A stretch of 32,000 nucleotides of DNA from Schaalia meyeri (GTDB lineage: Bacteria; Actinomycetota; Actinomycetes; Actinomycetales; Actinomycetaceae): contig NZ_FNLK01000015.1 of assembly GCF_900105015.1 (NCBI RefSeq), positions 150,001 to 182,000 on the forward strand, read 5' to 3'. The notes below the pieces were generated by a model, which ran no database searches, was not told the origin of the DNA, and saw only the letters and a list, made by a program, of their open reading frames with translations. How positions within the stretch are numbered: the stretch's first letter is position 1; the number at the start of each line of letters is the position of its first letter. The position numbers and the translations under genes are program-made. Of the stretch, positions 22,459 to 31,281 are shown in pieces.

Positions 22459-25400
22459 TCAGCTCCGCGCCGCGTCTCCCGTTGCCAGGTGTTCGGCCTG
22501 TTCAATCACGAGCCGCACGGCTTCTTCCTGCTTGTCGGGCGGGTACTTGTACCTGGCCAGCAAGCGTTTGATGCGCGATCGCATGCGGGCGCGGACGGAT
22601 TCCTTGAATGTCCAATCGATGGTTGCAGACTTCTGGATGGTGGTGACCAGTTCGCGTGCGATGGTCTTCAACGTTTCGTCACCGAGCTCGAGGATTGCAG
22701 AGTCGTTCTGGATAATCGCGTCATATAGAGCGATCTCTGCCTCGTTCAAGCTCAGCTCACGCGATCGTTGCTGGTCCTGGCGCATCTCCTTGGCAAGCTT
22801 CACCAACTCGGCGATGATCTCCGCCGTTGTCAGTGATCTGTTCGTGTAACGGCTCAATGCCTCGGCGAGCATCTGGGAGAACTTCCGGCCTTGCACCAGG
22901 TTCTTGCGTTGAAGCGTGCGAATCTGGTCGTCGAGCAGCCTACGCAGGAGCCCCAGCTGAAGATTCGGCTGGTTCGAGTGGGCGATGGAGTCCAAGAACT
23001 CGTCTGATAGCAGCGAAAGTTCTGGAGACTTCATACCCACGAATTGGAAAACGTCGACGACCTGGTCTGCGGTGACAGCGTCATTGACCATCTGGCCCAG
23101 TACTGAGTCGAGGTTGCTGCCGCCTCGTTGGGACTGACCGGCATCAGGATTGAGGATCTTGAGTGCTGCCGCCCGAACGTCGGTGAACAGGCGTACATCA
23201 TCCCGAATGGTTTGTGATTCGGGACGCGAGGCAGTCAGAGCGTAGGCTTTTGCGAGTGCGAGCACCTGGTCGCTGTAGCGCTTGGTCAGATCCGGGTCTG
23301 AGAGCACGTGGTCCAGTACGGCGGCATACTGGGCTAGGCGCTCCTTCGCCGACAGTTCCGTTGAGGAGTCGTAGGTGACACCATGCAGCATCCCTCGGAC
23401 GATATCGTGTTTCTCAAGCATGACGTCAACGAGTTGTTCAATTGGCACACCGGCCTGCTCCCGGTCGGACGGCGAGTAGACGCTGAGCGCTCGCTGCAGG
23501 GAGGTGAACAGCCCAATGTAGTCGACGATGAGTCCGCCGGGCTTGTCCTTGAAACGGCGGTTGACCCGGGCGATTGCCTGCATGAGGCCGGCCCCTTGCA
23601 TGGGCTTGTCCACGTACATGGTGTGCATGGATGGGGCGTCGAATCCCGTGAGCCACATGTCGCGCACGATGACGAGCTCGAGTTCGTCATCGGGGTTCTT
23701 GGCGCGCAGCTTCAGATCGCGGCGCTCGTCCTTGGAGTGGATGTGCACCTGGAACTCTTCTGGGTCGGCCGCCGAGCCGGTCATAACGACTTTGATGCGG
23801 CCCTTGTTGATGTCGTCGGAGTGCCACTGGGGCCGCAGTGCTGTGATCTTGTTGTACAGGGCAACGGCAATACGGCGGCTCATGGTCACGATCATCCCCT
23901 TGCCAGCCATGGAGGCGCGGCGCTTCTCCCAGTGCGCCACGATGTCAGCAGCAACTGCATCCAGCCGGGAGTCCGCCCCGACCAGAGCCTCCAGGCGCGA
24001 CCACTTGGTCTTGGCCTGTTCGGCCTCACCCGTGCTGCTTGCCTCGCTACTGTCATCAACAATGGTGTCCAACTGGCCGAGCTGCTCCTCGTCCAAATTG
24101 ATCTTGGCCAGGCGGGACTCGTAGAAAATCTTGACGGTTGCGCCGTCTTCCACGGCGCGAGTGAGGTCGTAGATGTCGACGTAGTCGCCGAACACAGCAC
24201 GGGTGGAGCGATCGTTCGACTCGATGGGCGTTCCGGTGAAGCCGAGGAACGTCGCGCCGGGGAGTGCGTTACGAAGGTGCTTGGCGAGCCCCGCTTTGAG
24301 ACGGCCTTGGCTGTCGAGGGTCTCCTCGAAGCCGTATTGGGATCGGTGCGCTTCGTCGGCCACCACAACAACGTTGCGCCTATCGGTGAGCACCGGGTTC
24401 ATGTCCCCGTCCTGGCCGGGAGCGAACTTCTGCAGTGTGGTGAAGATGATGCCGCCCGATGCGCGGGTGAGCAGCTGACGCAGGTTGTCTCGCCCCGTGG
24501 CCTGGACCGGGGTCTCGGGAAGGATCTGAGCAGGGGAGAACACCTCGCCGAAAAGCTGGTCATCAAGGTCGTTCCGGTCGGTGATGAACACCAGTGTTGG
24601 GTTGGACATGCGCTGGTCCCGCATGAGTTTGGCCGCGTAGAACACCATTTCGAAGCTCTTGCCGGATCCCTGGGTGTGCCACACCACGCCACCGCGCTTG
24701 TCCCCGTTTGGACCGGCTGCCCTGACTGTGGACTCAACGGCAGCGTTGACCGCCCAGTACTGGTGGTACTTCGCAATGCGCTTGATGATCATGCGGCGGC
24801 GTTGACCAGTGGCCGCGTCGGTGACGGGCTCGTCCGAGTAGACGACGAAGTTCCGCAGAATGTCGAGAAACCGTGCGGGGGTGAACACACCCTTGATGAG
24901 TACTTCGAGTGCTGGAGGGTCTGTGACGATGTCGTGTCCGTCCATGGTCTTCCACGGAGCGTAGTGCTCGAAGCCTCCGGTGAAGGAACTCATCGCCGCA
25001 GATGTGCCGTCGGAAATGACGGTGATGACGTTGGGGAAGAAGACCGAGGGAATCTGCTTGCGGTATGTCTGAATCTGGTTCCAGGCATTGCGCAGAGTTG
25101 CCTTTTCGTCCGTGGGATTCTTCAGCTCCATGAGGCCGACGGGCAGGCCATTGAGAAACACCAGCACGTCGGGGCGACGGTTGTGGCCCCCCTCGACGAC
25201 TGTGAACTGGTTGAGTGCGCGCCAGTCATTGTTCGCCGGATCGTTGAAGTCAACGAGGCGCAGCCGTACTGTGGTGGGTCGACCATCCTCGCCGGTGGTT
25301 TCGACGGGCACGCCCGCCACCATGAGCTCATGAAGCCGCTGGTTCTCACTCATCACGTCCTGGGACTCGGCACGCTGAATGCGCGCGAGCGCGGAGCGCA

Positions 25401-25605
25401 CCAGATCATTCGACGCCCTAGGGTTGAGTCGGACAAGTGCTTCAGCCACGTACGACCACAGAACGCAGTCCCCGGGAGTCTCGCGCGCCTGGCCCACGGG
25501 GGCGTCAACAGGCGCGTATCCGGTGCGGTAACCGATCTCGGCAAGCCACTCCTTCGCGGCCTGTTCGACTGTCGATTCATCAAACCGGTAGACGGAACTA
25601 GTCAT
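22459..25605 (-). CDS. hsdR: Type I restriction enzyme R subunit
   Basis: About 1050 aa with SF2 helicase motifs (HTQGSGKS, VVVADEAHRSQYG, GFTGTP, VRDMWLTGFDAP). The preferred start is the ATG at 25605, 7 nt after AAGGAG, overlapping the hsdS stop by 8 nt; the ORF-track TTG at 25623 is the alternative. Confidence 0.92.
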   Translation of the reverse strand: MTSSVYRFDESTVEQAAKEWLAEIGYRTGYAPVDAPVGQARETPGDCVLWSYVAEALVRLNPRASNDLVRSALARIQRAESQDVMSENQRLHELMVAGVPVETTGEDGRPTTVRLRLVDFNDPANNDWRALNQFTVVEGGHNRRPDVLVFLNGLPVGLMELKNPTDEKATLRNAWNQIQTYRKQIPSVFFPNVITVISDGTSAAMSSFTGGFEHYAPWKTMDGHDIVTDPPALEVLIKGVFTPARFLDILRNFVVYSDEPVTDAATGQRRRMIIKRIAKYHQYWAVNAAVESTVRAAGPNGDKRGGVVWHTQGSGKSFEMVFYAAKLMRDQRMSNPTLVFITDRNDLDDQLFGEVFSPAQILPETPVQATGRDNLRQLLTRASGGIIFTTLQKFAPGQDGDMNPVLTDRRNVVVVADEAHRSQYGFEETLDSQGRLKAGLAKHLRNALPGATFLGFTGTPIESNDRSTRAVFGDYVDIYDLTRAVEDGATVKIFYESRLAKINLDEEQLGQLDTIVDDSSEASSTGEAEQAKTKWSRLEALVGADSRLDAVAADIVAHWEKRRASMAGKGMIVTMSRRIAVALYNKITALRPQWHSDDINKGRIKVVMTGSAADPEEFQVHIHSKDERRDLKLRAKNPDDELELVIVRDMWLTGFDAPSMHTMYVDKPMQGAGLMQAIARVNRRFKDKPGGLIVDYIGLFTSLQRALSVYSPSDREQAGVPIEQLVDVMLEKHDIVRGMLHGVTYDSSTELSAKERLAQYAAVLDHVLSDPDLTKRYSDQVLALAKAYALTASRPESQTIRDDVRLFTDVRAAALKILNPDAGQSQRGGSNLDSVLGQMVNDAVTADQVVDVFQFVGMKSPELSLLSDEFLDSIAHSNQPNLQLGLLRRLLDDQIRTLQRKNLVQGRKFSQMLAEALSRYTNRSLTTAEIIAELVKLAKEMRQDQQRSRELSLNEAEIALYDAIIQNDSAILELGDETLKTIARELVTTIQKSATIDWTFKESVRARMRSRIKRLLARYKYPPDKQEEAVRLVIEQAEHLATGDAARS

Positions 25606-26785
25606 CAACTGACTCCTTTCCAAACGCGTCCGCGACGAGCCGACCAGCCTCGTCGACTCGCATCCGCCCGCTCATCAGCTCCGGCAACAGTGTATCGCGG
25701 AGCTCAGCAAGCATCCTGGTTTCGATGGAACAATGATGTGCCATTTCTTCAAGTGTTGAAAGCTGTTCGACGACGGTCTTCTGCTCTTCGAGAGTAAGCA
25801 AAGGAACCTGTAGTGATCCAAGACTTGACGGGGAAAGTTCTGTCTGTCCCGTGGAACCCTCAGCCATTTGTTCAATCTCTGACTGGAGCGGAAAAACAAG
25901 GTACGGAAGAAGAACCGGTGAAATGCGCTGCCGGTCAGCCTTTACGACTGTCACGTGGCCGTCGACGTAGACGGGTTCCCGATAACTCCAACGACCGACT
26001 CTGCCGAGGGTCCCCTGGCCCGTTGAATTGACAAGTAAATCATCAAATTCTGCTATAGCGGATTTCTTCTCGCGCCTGCGAGGTAGCATCAGGCGTGCTG
26101 AGCTGAGCGACACCCATCCATCTCGAATGCATCTTTGATTCAAAACGCAGATAGGCGTTGCATTATGACCCTTGTAGTATTTTGGAGTAACTCCCCGCGA
26201 AATAGACTCCGCATAGTAACTAAGCGGCACACATGACGTATTGCGTATTAAATAGTCCGTAATAGCGAGCCCTAGTTTACGGCAGAGAACTCGTCGGCGA
26301 TGGTTGAAGTCGATCTTGTCATCAAGTCTCCCCAGAAGGTCACCTATTGCCATTTGCTGCTCGTACGTGAAGTCTGCAATTTCGTACTCGGAAATTGTGT
26401 CCCAGTTTGCGCGAGGCATCCTTGTGCCCGTCGCAGAAGCCGAAGCGAGGTTGGTAAACTCAGGAAGTGCCGCTACGTAAAACAGAAAACGAGGATCAGT
26501 GCCGTTTTTCGGTTGAAACACCCAGAAGTCTGAAGAACAAATGCCGTAGCTTGACCCTGTCCATACTACCTTACGAAAGTATGGACGTAAACGGCCGTAG
26601 ATGGTGTCGTTAGGGAAAAAAGCTAACTTCGCACTGGAAACTGCTTTCGGCGTGTCCCACTGTGTAATATGGAGAGAGCCAGGAGCGATGCTGTCGTACC
26701 CAAGGTATTTGCAGTATTCTTTAAATTTGTCGGGTCGAACAAGTTGCCGACGTAGTTCTGCGATTTCACCAAACCTCACTGCCAC
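25598..26785 (-). CDS. hsdS: Type I restriction-modification specificity subunit
   Basis: 395 aa lying between hsdM and hsdR, with overlapping stop/start codons on both sides. Two-TRD-sized architecture with the conserved helical LPLLTLEEQKTVVEQLSTLEE and ELRDTLLPELMSG. Visibly lower GC than its neighbours. Start is GTG 26785 or GTG 26779. Confidence 0.85.
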   Translation of the reverse strand: MAVRFGEIAELRRQLVRPDKFKEYCKYLGYDSIAPGSLHITQWDTPKAVSSAKLAFFPNDTIYGRLRPYFRKVVWTGSSYGICSSDFWVFQPKNGTDPRFLFYVAALPEFTNLASASATGTRMPRANWDTISEYEIADFTYEQQMAIGDLLGRLDDKIDFNHRRRVLCRKLGLAITDYLIRNTSCVPLSYYAESISRGVTPKYYKGHNATPICVLNQRCIRDGWVSLSSARLMLPRRREKKSAIAEFDDLLVNSTGQGTLGRVGRWSYREPVYVDGHVTVVKADRQRISPVLLPYLVFPLQSEIEQMAEGSTGQTELSPSSLGSLQVPLLTLEEQKTVVEQLSTLEEMAHHCSIETRMLAELRDTLLPELMSGRMRVDEAGRLVADAFGKESVDD

Positions 26786-28347
26786 TCCTTGAGGGAGACG
26801 TGAATTTGTTCTTCAAGGAGGTGATCTATCTCGAACGCATTGAGAAGTTCGTTTGTCAGACGTGTTATTCTCTTCTCAATCGGCTCAGCATCGGGGTCGA
26901 TGGAGTCGTCGAGTCCGACGTACCGGCCGGGGGTGAGGATGAAGTCGTTGTCGGTGATTTCCTGGATAGTGGCTGCTTTGCAGAATCCGGGCACATTCTC
27001 GTAGTCATTGTACTCAGTCCGGGAGCGCCACGTATTGTACACACTGGAGATTCGCTCGATGTCATCAGCAGTGAGCTGACGGTGGGCGCGAGTGATCATC
27101 TCACCCGTGTTGCGCGCGTCGATGAACAATACCTCGCCGTGCCGGTCGCGGTGCCCGTCGCCATGACGGTTCTTGGAAAGGAACCACAGGCAGGCCGGGA
27201 TGCCGGTGTTGAAGAAGAGTTTGTCGGGCAGTGCCACGATGCAGTCCACCACGTCCGCCTCGACCATAGCTCGGCGGATGATGCCGTCAGTCTTTGCTTT
27301 GGAGGAGAGCGCCCCGTTCGCCATGACGAAGCCCGCGCTACCAGAAGGGCTCAAGTGGTAGAGGAAATGCTGAATCCACGCGTAGTTCGCGTTAGAGTCG
27401 TTCGGAGTGTCATACACCCAACGCGGGTCGTCCTGGAGTGTGGCGGACCAGTAGCCCTTGAGGTTGAAGGGCGGGTTGGCGATGATGAAGTCCGCGCGCA
27501 GATCCGGGTGCTGGTCCTCGGTGAAGGTCTCAGCGTCCCGAGGGCCGAGGTCTGCCTCGATCCCTCTCAGCGCCAGGTTCATCTTAGCCAGTCTCCACGT
27601 GGACGCAGCCTTCTCCTGGCCGTAGATCGACAGTTCGTCGCGATTTCCGCCGTGCGCCTCAACGAACCTCGCGGATTGCACGAACATACCACCACTGCCG
27701 CAGCATGGATCGTACACGCGACCTGAAAAAGGCTGGAGCATCTCCACAAGGAGGTTGACGACGCTCCTTGGCGTGTAAAATTCCCCGCCGTCCTTGCCCT
27801 TCTCCGCGCCGGCGAACATACCGAGGAAATACTCGTAGACTCTGCCGAGGATGTCGTCGGCATTGTGATCGTCGTCAGCGCCGAATCCGATGGAGCCGAT
27901 GAGGTCGATGAGTTCACCGAGCATCTCCTCCTTGAGGTCCTCGCGTCCGTAGTTGCGCGGCAGCACGCCCATGAGTGATGGGTTCGCCCGCTCAATCAAC
28001 CGCATGGCCCCGTCGATTCGCTGGCCGATTCCGGGGAGTTTCGCCGCTGCTTGGAGCTGATCCCAACGCGCGCCGCCGGGAATCCAAAAGACGTTGTGAC
28101 CAGAGTACTCGTCCCTGTCCTCCAGGAACGACCCGGTCTGCGCTTCGTCCAAGCCGTCCTCAACGAGCTCCCGGCGCAGCTCCTCCCGGCGCTCCGCGAA
28201 TTTGTCCGAGACGTACTTGAGGAACACGAGCCCGAGCACAACGTGCTTGTATTCAGAGGCCTCCTGGTTCCCCTTCGCCCGCATTGTTTCAGCGGTAGAC
28301 CAAAGAGTTTGCTCAATACTCGGCGTCGTTCTTTTGTCTGTCGGCAT
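26776..28347 (-). CDS. hsdM: Type I restriction-modification N6-adenine methyltransferase subunit
   Basis: AAGGAAA SD. N-terminal HsdM_N-like LWSTAETMRAKGN..YKHVVLGLVFLKYVSD, SAM motif VYDPCCGSGGMF, catalytic IIANPPFN. Confidence 0.92.
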   Translation of the reverse strand: MPTDKRTTPSIEQTLWSTAETMRAKGNQEASEYKHVVLGLVFLKYVSDKFAERREELRRELVEDGLDEAQTGSFLEDRDEYSGHNVFWIPGGARWDQLQAAAKLPGIGQRIDGAMRLIERANPSLMGVLPRNYGREDLKEEMLGELIDLIGSIGFGADDDHNADDILGRVYEYFLGMFAGAEKGKDGGEFYTPRSVVNLLVEMLQPFSGRVYDPCCGSGGMFVQSARFVEAHGGNRDELSIYGQEKAASTWRLAKMNLALRGIEADLGPRDAETFTEDQHPDLRADFIIANPPFNLKGYWSATLQDDPRWVYDTPNDSNANYAWIQHFLYHLSPSGSAGFVMANGALSSKAKTDGIIRRAMVEADVVDCIVALPDKLFFNTGIPACLWFLSKNRHGDGHRDRHGEVLFIDARNTGEMITRAHRQLTADDIERISSVYNTWRSRTEYNDYENVPGFCKAATIQEITDNDFILTPGRYVGLDDSIDPDAEPIEKRITRLTNELLNAFEIDHLLEEQIHVSLKEWQ

Positions 28348-28597
28348 TGCGATTTCCTTAGCTATCTCCCGCTTGCTTCAACGGCTTGTCGATCACCGTG
28401 AGGGCTCGCAGGGAGTTGTGGTGTCGGTGTGTGATTCTAGCGGGGAGATCTCCTCCGATGTCTTCCGAGGTGCCCCAATCGACACGACAAAGGATCTTAC
28501 GCTCAGAACCTTGACGGATCTGGTGGGAGTTTGATCGGCGAATGTCGCCGCCGACAGGAACCTTGGGACTCGGTCCCCCGGTCCCAAGGGCTCTGAC

Positions 28598-29347
28598 CTA
28601 CCCCTGACTCACCTCGGCCCGGATGAGGGGGATCGGGTAGGCGGCGGCCGAGATGGGGGAGAGGTAGGAATCGGTGATGCCCGCGGTGAAGGCGTCGATG
28701 CCGAGGACCTTGTAGAGGGCGTTGCGGCCGAACTTGGTGGAGTCCGCGACGAAGTAGGCGGTCGACGCGATCGCGCGGACCTTCTGCTGCAGCTCGATCG
28801 AGTAGCCGGAGGAGGCGTAGATGCCGTCCTCCATCACCGAGTTTGCCCCAAACACGGCGGTGTTCACGCGGATGTGGTCCAGCTGGTCGATCGCGGTCGG
28901 CCCCCACATGTGCGTCCGGTTGGGCAGCAGCTCGCCCCCGACGAACACCAGGTTCAGCGATGGCTTCTTGAGGATCTCCAGGCCAACCAGCAGGTCGTGC
29001 GTCACCACGGTGACGCGGCGGGCGTTGAGGGCGCGCGCAACCTCCAGGCACGTCGACCCCGAGTCGAGGAAGACGGACTGCCCGTCCAGGATCCGCTCCG
29101 CCATCGCCGGCCCGATCGCGCGCTTCTCGGCTCGGTTGGGCGAATCGTGCAGGAACTCCTCGGTGTCCTCGTCCTGCGGGACGGGGATCGCGCCTCCGTG
29201 GGTGCGGCGCACGAGGCCCGCCTCGGCAAGGTGCTCCAGGTCCCTGCGGATGGTTGACACGTTGACCTCGAGGGCTTCCGCCAGGGAGGACACGGTCTCG
29301 AAGCCTGTCGCCTCAATCATGGAAACAATGGTGTCTTGCCGGGTCAC
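28598..29347 (-). CDS. DeoR/GlpR-family transcriptional regulator
   Basis: GAAGGAAG SD plus a GTG start. N-terminal wHTH (VSSLAEALEVNVSTIRRDLEHLAEAGLVRRTHGGA) and a DeoR C-terminal sugar-phosphate sensor-like domain (FLDSGSTCLEVARAL, VVTHDL). Confidence 0.88.
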   Translation of the reverse strand: MTRQDTIVSMIEATGFETVSSLAEALEVNVSTIRRDLEHLAEAGLVRRTHGGAIPVPQDEDTEEFLHDSPNRAEKRAIGPAMAERILDGQSVFLDSGSTCLEVARALNARRVTVVTHDLLVGLEILKKPSLNLVFVGGELLPNRTHMWGPTAIDQLDHIRVNTAVFGANSVMEDGIYASSGYSIELQQKVRAIASTAYFVADSTKFGRNALYKVLGIDAFTAGITDSYLSPISAAAYPIPLIRAEVSQG

Positions 29348-29598
29348 GATGCTTCCTTCTGCTGGCTACGGACGGGGGACGGCGGCGGAATCAACGACGG
29401 ATGCCTGCAACAGGGCATCGCGGACTCCGCCCTCTTGACACTGTAGCGAACTTTCGGAGCGAATGTGCGCGATACCGCGCAACGAGAGATCTCGCGAGTA
29501 ATCGCAGTCTACGGGGAGTTATTCGCTCAGTATTTGCGTGTAACCGTGCAACCGAGCGGAGAGGACCGCGCGATGATGGCTGCTTCAGCGCATGAGAC

Positions 29599-29630
29599 AT
29601 GCGCGAAAGAGAGTTGTAAATGCGCGAAAG
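29599..29630. promoter_or_regulatory. Direct repeat ATGCGCGAAAG x2, 21 bp apart (candidate operator in the deoR / sugar-ABC divergent region)
   Basis: ATGCGCGAAAG occurs at 29599-29609 and 29620-29630. Related GCGCGA(T) cores lie near 29467 and 29566. Confidence 0.25.
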
Positions 29631-29739
29631 CGCGTGTACTGTTGGTGATTGCGACGCGGGTCACGCCATGTTGCGTGCGCCATCGCGGGAGATGGCGAAC
29701 CCACAGCGTCGGCCAACGAGATCACGAGGAAGTGACGAC

Positions 29740-30786
29740 ATGAAGATCGGAAGACTGAGCGCGGCAGCGATGTCCATTGCGTCGATCCTGGCTCTGACGG
29801 CCTGCTCGACCGTCGGTGGGACGGCCGGGGAGAACCCCGGGAGCACCACCGGATCGGCCTCAGGCGATGCCAGCAAGACGATGGTCACCGTCGTCAAGGT
29901 CAAGGGAATCGCCTGGTTTGATCGAATGGACGTCGGAGTCAAGGAGTGGGGCGCCGCCAACGGCTACGACACGCGAACGGAAGGAGGAACGGACGTCTCC
30001 CCCGAGAAGCAGATCCAGATCATCCAGGATCTCATCGCGCAAAAGCCCGCGGCCATCACCGTCGTCCCCAACTCCCCCGAGGCCCTCTCCGCGGTCCTTG
30101 AGCAGGCCCGAGCCCAGGGCATCAAGGTGGTCTCCCACGAGGCGACCGGCATCAAGAACGTCGACGTCGACATCGAAGCCTTCGACAACGCCTCCTACGG
30201 GGTAGACATCATGAAGAGCATCGGCGAATGCACTGGCGGCACCGGCAAGTACGTGCAATTCGTCGGCGGCCTGACCGCCAAGACCCACATGGAATGGGTC
30301 GAGGCAGCCTACGACTACCAGCAGAAGAACTTCCCAGGCATGGAGCGAGTCGAAACGCCCATCGAGTCCACCGACAACGAGACCGCCGCCTACGAGAAGG
30401 CGAAGGAGGTGCTCGGCAAGTACCCCGACATCAAGGCCTTCCAGGGCTCCGCAGGTAACGACGTGCCCGGCATTGCACGCGCGATCGAAGAAGCCGGCCT
30501 CTCCGACCAGGTCTGCGTCATGGGAACCTCCATCCCCTCCGCCTCCGCCAAGTACCTCGCCACCGGATCGATCGACAAGATCTTCTTCTGGGATCCCGCC
30601 CTCGCCGGGAAGGCCCAGCTCCAGATCGCCAAGATCCTCGCTGACGGCGGAACCATCACCGAGGGCACGGACCTCGGCATCGAGGGCTACAACAACCTGC
30701 ACAAGCTCGACGGCTACGACAACGTCTGGGTCGGCTCCGCCCAGATCGCCGCCGACGCCGAGCAAGCCAAGAAGTACAACTTCTAA
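29740..30786 (+). CDS. Sugar ABC transporter substrate-binding lipoprotein (Peripla_BP_4, LsrB/RhaS-like)
   Basis: The ATG at 29740 follows GAGGAAG and gives the lipoprotein signal MKIGRLSAAAMSIASILALTAC. The ORF-track start at 29620 would add 40 non-signal residues. The body (VKVKGIAWFDRMDVGVKEWG, VVPNSPEAL) is typical of a monosaccharide-type SBP. Confidence 0.85.
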   Translation: MKIGRLSAAAMSIASILALTACSTVGGTAGENPGSTTGSASGDASKTMVTVVKVKGIAWFDRMDVGVKEWGAANGYDTRTEGGTDVSPEKQIQIIQDLIAQKPAAITVVPNSPEALSAVLEQARAQGIKVVSHEATGIKNVDVDIEAFDNASYGVDIMKSIGECTGGTGKYVQFVGGLTAKTHMEWVEAAYDYQQKNFPGMERVETPIESTDNETAAYEKAKEVLGKYPDIKAFQGSAGNDVPGIARAIEEAGLSDQVCVMGTSIPSASAKYLATGSIDKIFFWDPALAGKAQLQIAKILADGGTITEGTDLGIEGYNNLHKLDGYDNVWVGSAQIAADAEQAKKYNF

Positions 30787-31185
30787 CGAGGCGGCCCCGG
30801 CCTCGGCGCGAGAAAGGCGAGGCCGGGGCTCGCGTCCCACGACAGCGCTGTCCACACGACACTCGAAGGAGAGCACATGCGCACCAATGTGGAACAAGCA
30901 CCGCGCCCCAACGGACAAGGCTCGAGCGCGCACGAGAACCCCTTCCTAGAGGTTCGTCATATTGTCAAAAACTTTGGCGGCGTCCGAGCCCTCGACAGTG
31001 TCGACCTGGCTGTGTGGCCCGGCGAGGTCCTGTGCCTGGCCGGAGAGAACGGCTGCGGGAAATCAACCCTCATCAAGGTAATTTCCGGCGTACACCGGCC
31101 AGACTCAGGAACCATCGCAATTGACGGCCAAGAAATCACGGCACTCACGCCGCTCAGTGCGATGAAAGCAGGCATTCAGGTCATC
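30436..31185. repeat. Left arm of a fold-back inverted repeat (at least 750 bp)
   Basis: The reverse complement of 31249-32000 equals 30436-31185 apart from the two single-base differences found. Checked at both arm ends, at both indel sites and through the duplicated ORF translations. Confidence 0.9.
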
Positions 31186-31281
31186 TACCAGGACTTCTCC
31201 TCCCCCTCCGTCCGGTCTCCAACCTCACCCGTGGACCGAGAACATCATGATGACCTGAATGCCTGCTTTTCATCGCACTGA
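30877..31281 (+). pseudogene. Sugar ABC transporter ATP-binding gene, intact only to about 31200, then corrupted at the fold-back junction
   Basis: [21 protein letters not shown], Walker [10 protein letters not shown], then ..[10 protein letters not shown]. The expected continuation (LFPNLTVAENI) is recognisable at nucleotide level only with extra bases (ccaacctcacCcgtggAccgagaacatc), after which the sequence turns back on itself. Confidence 0.7.
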
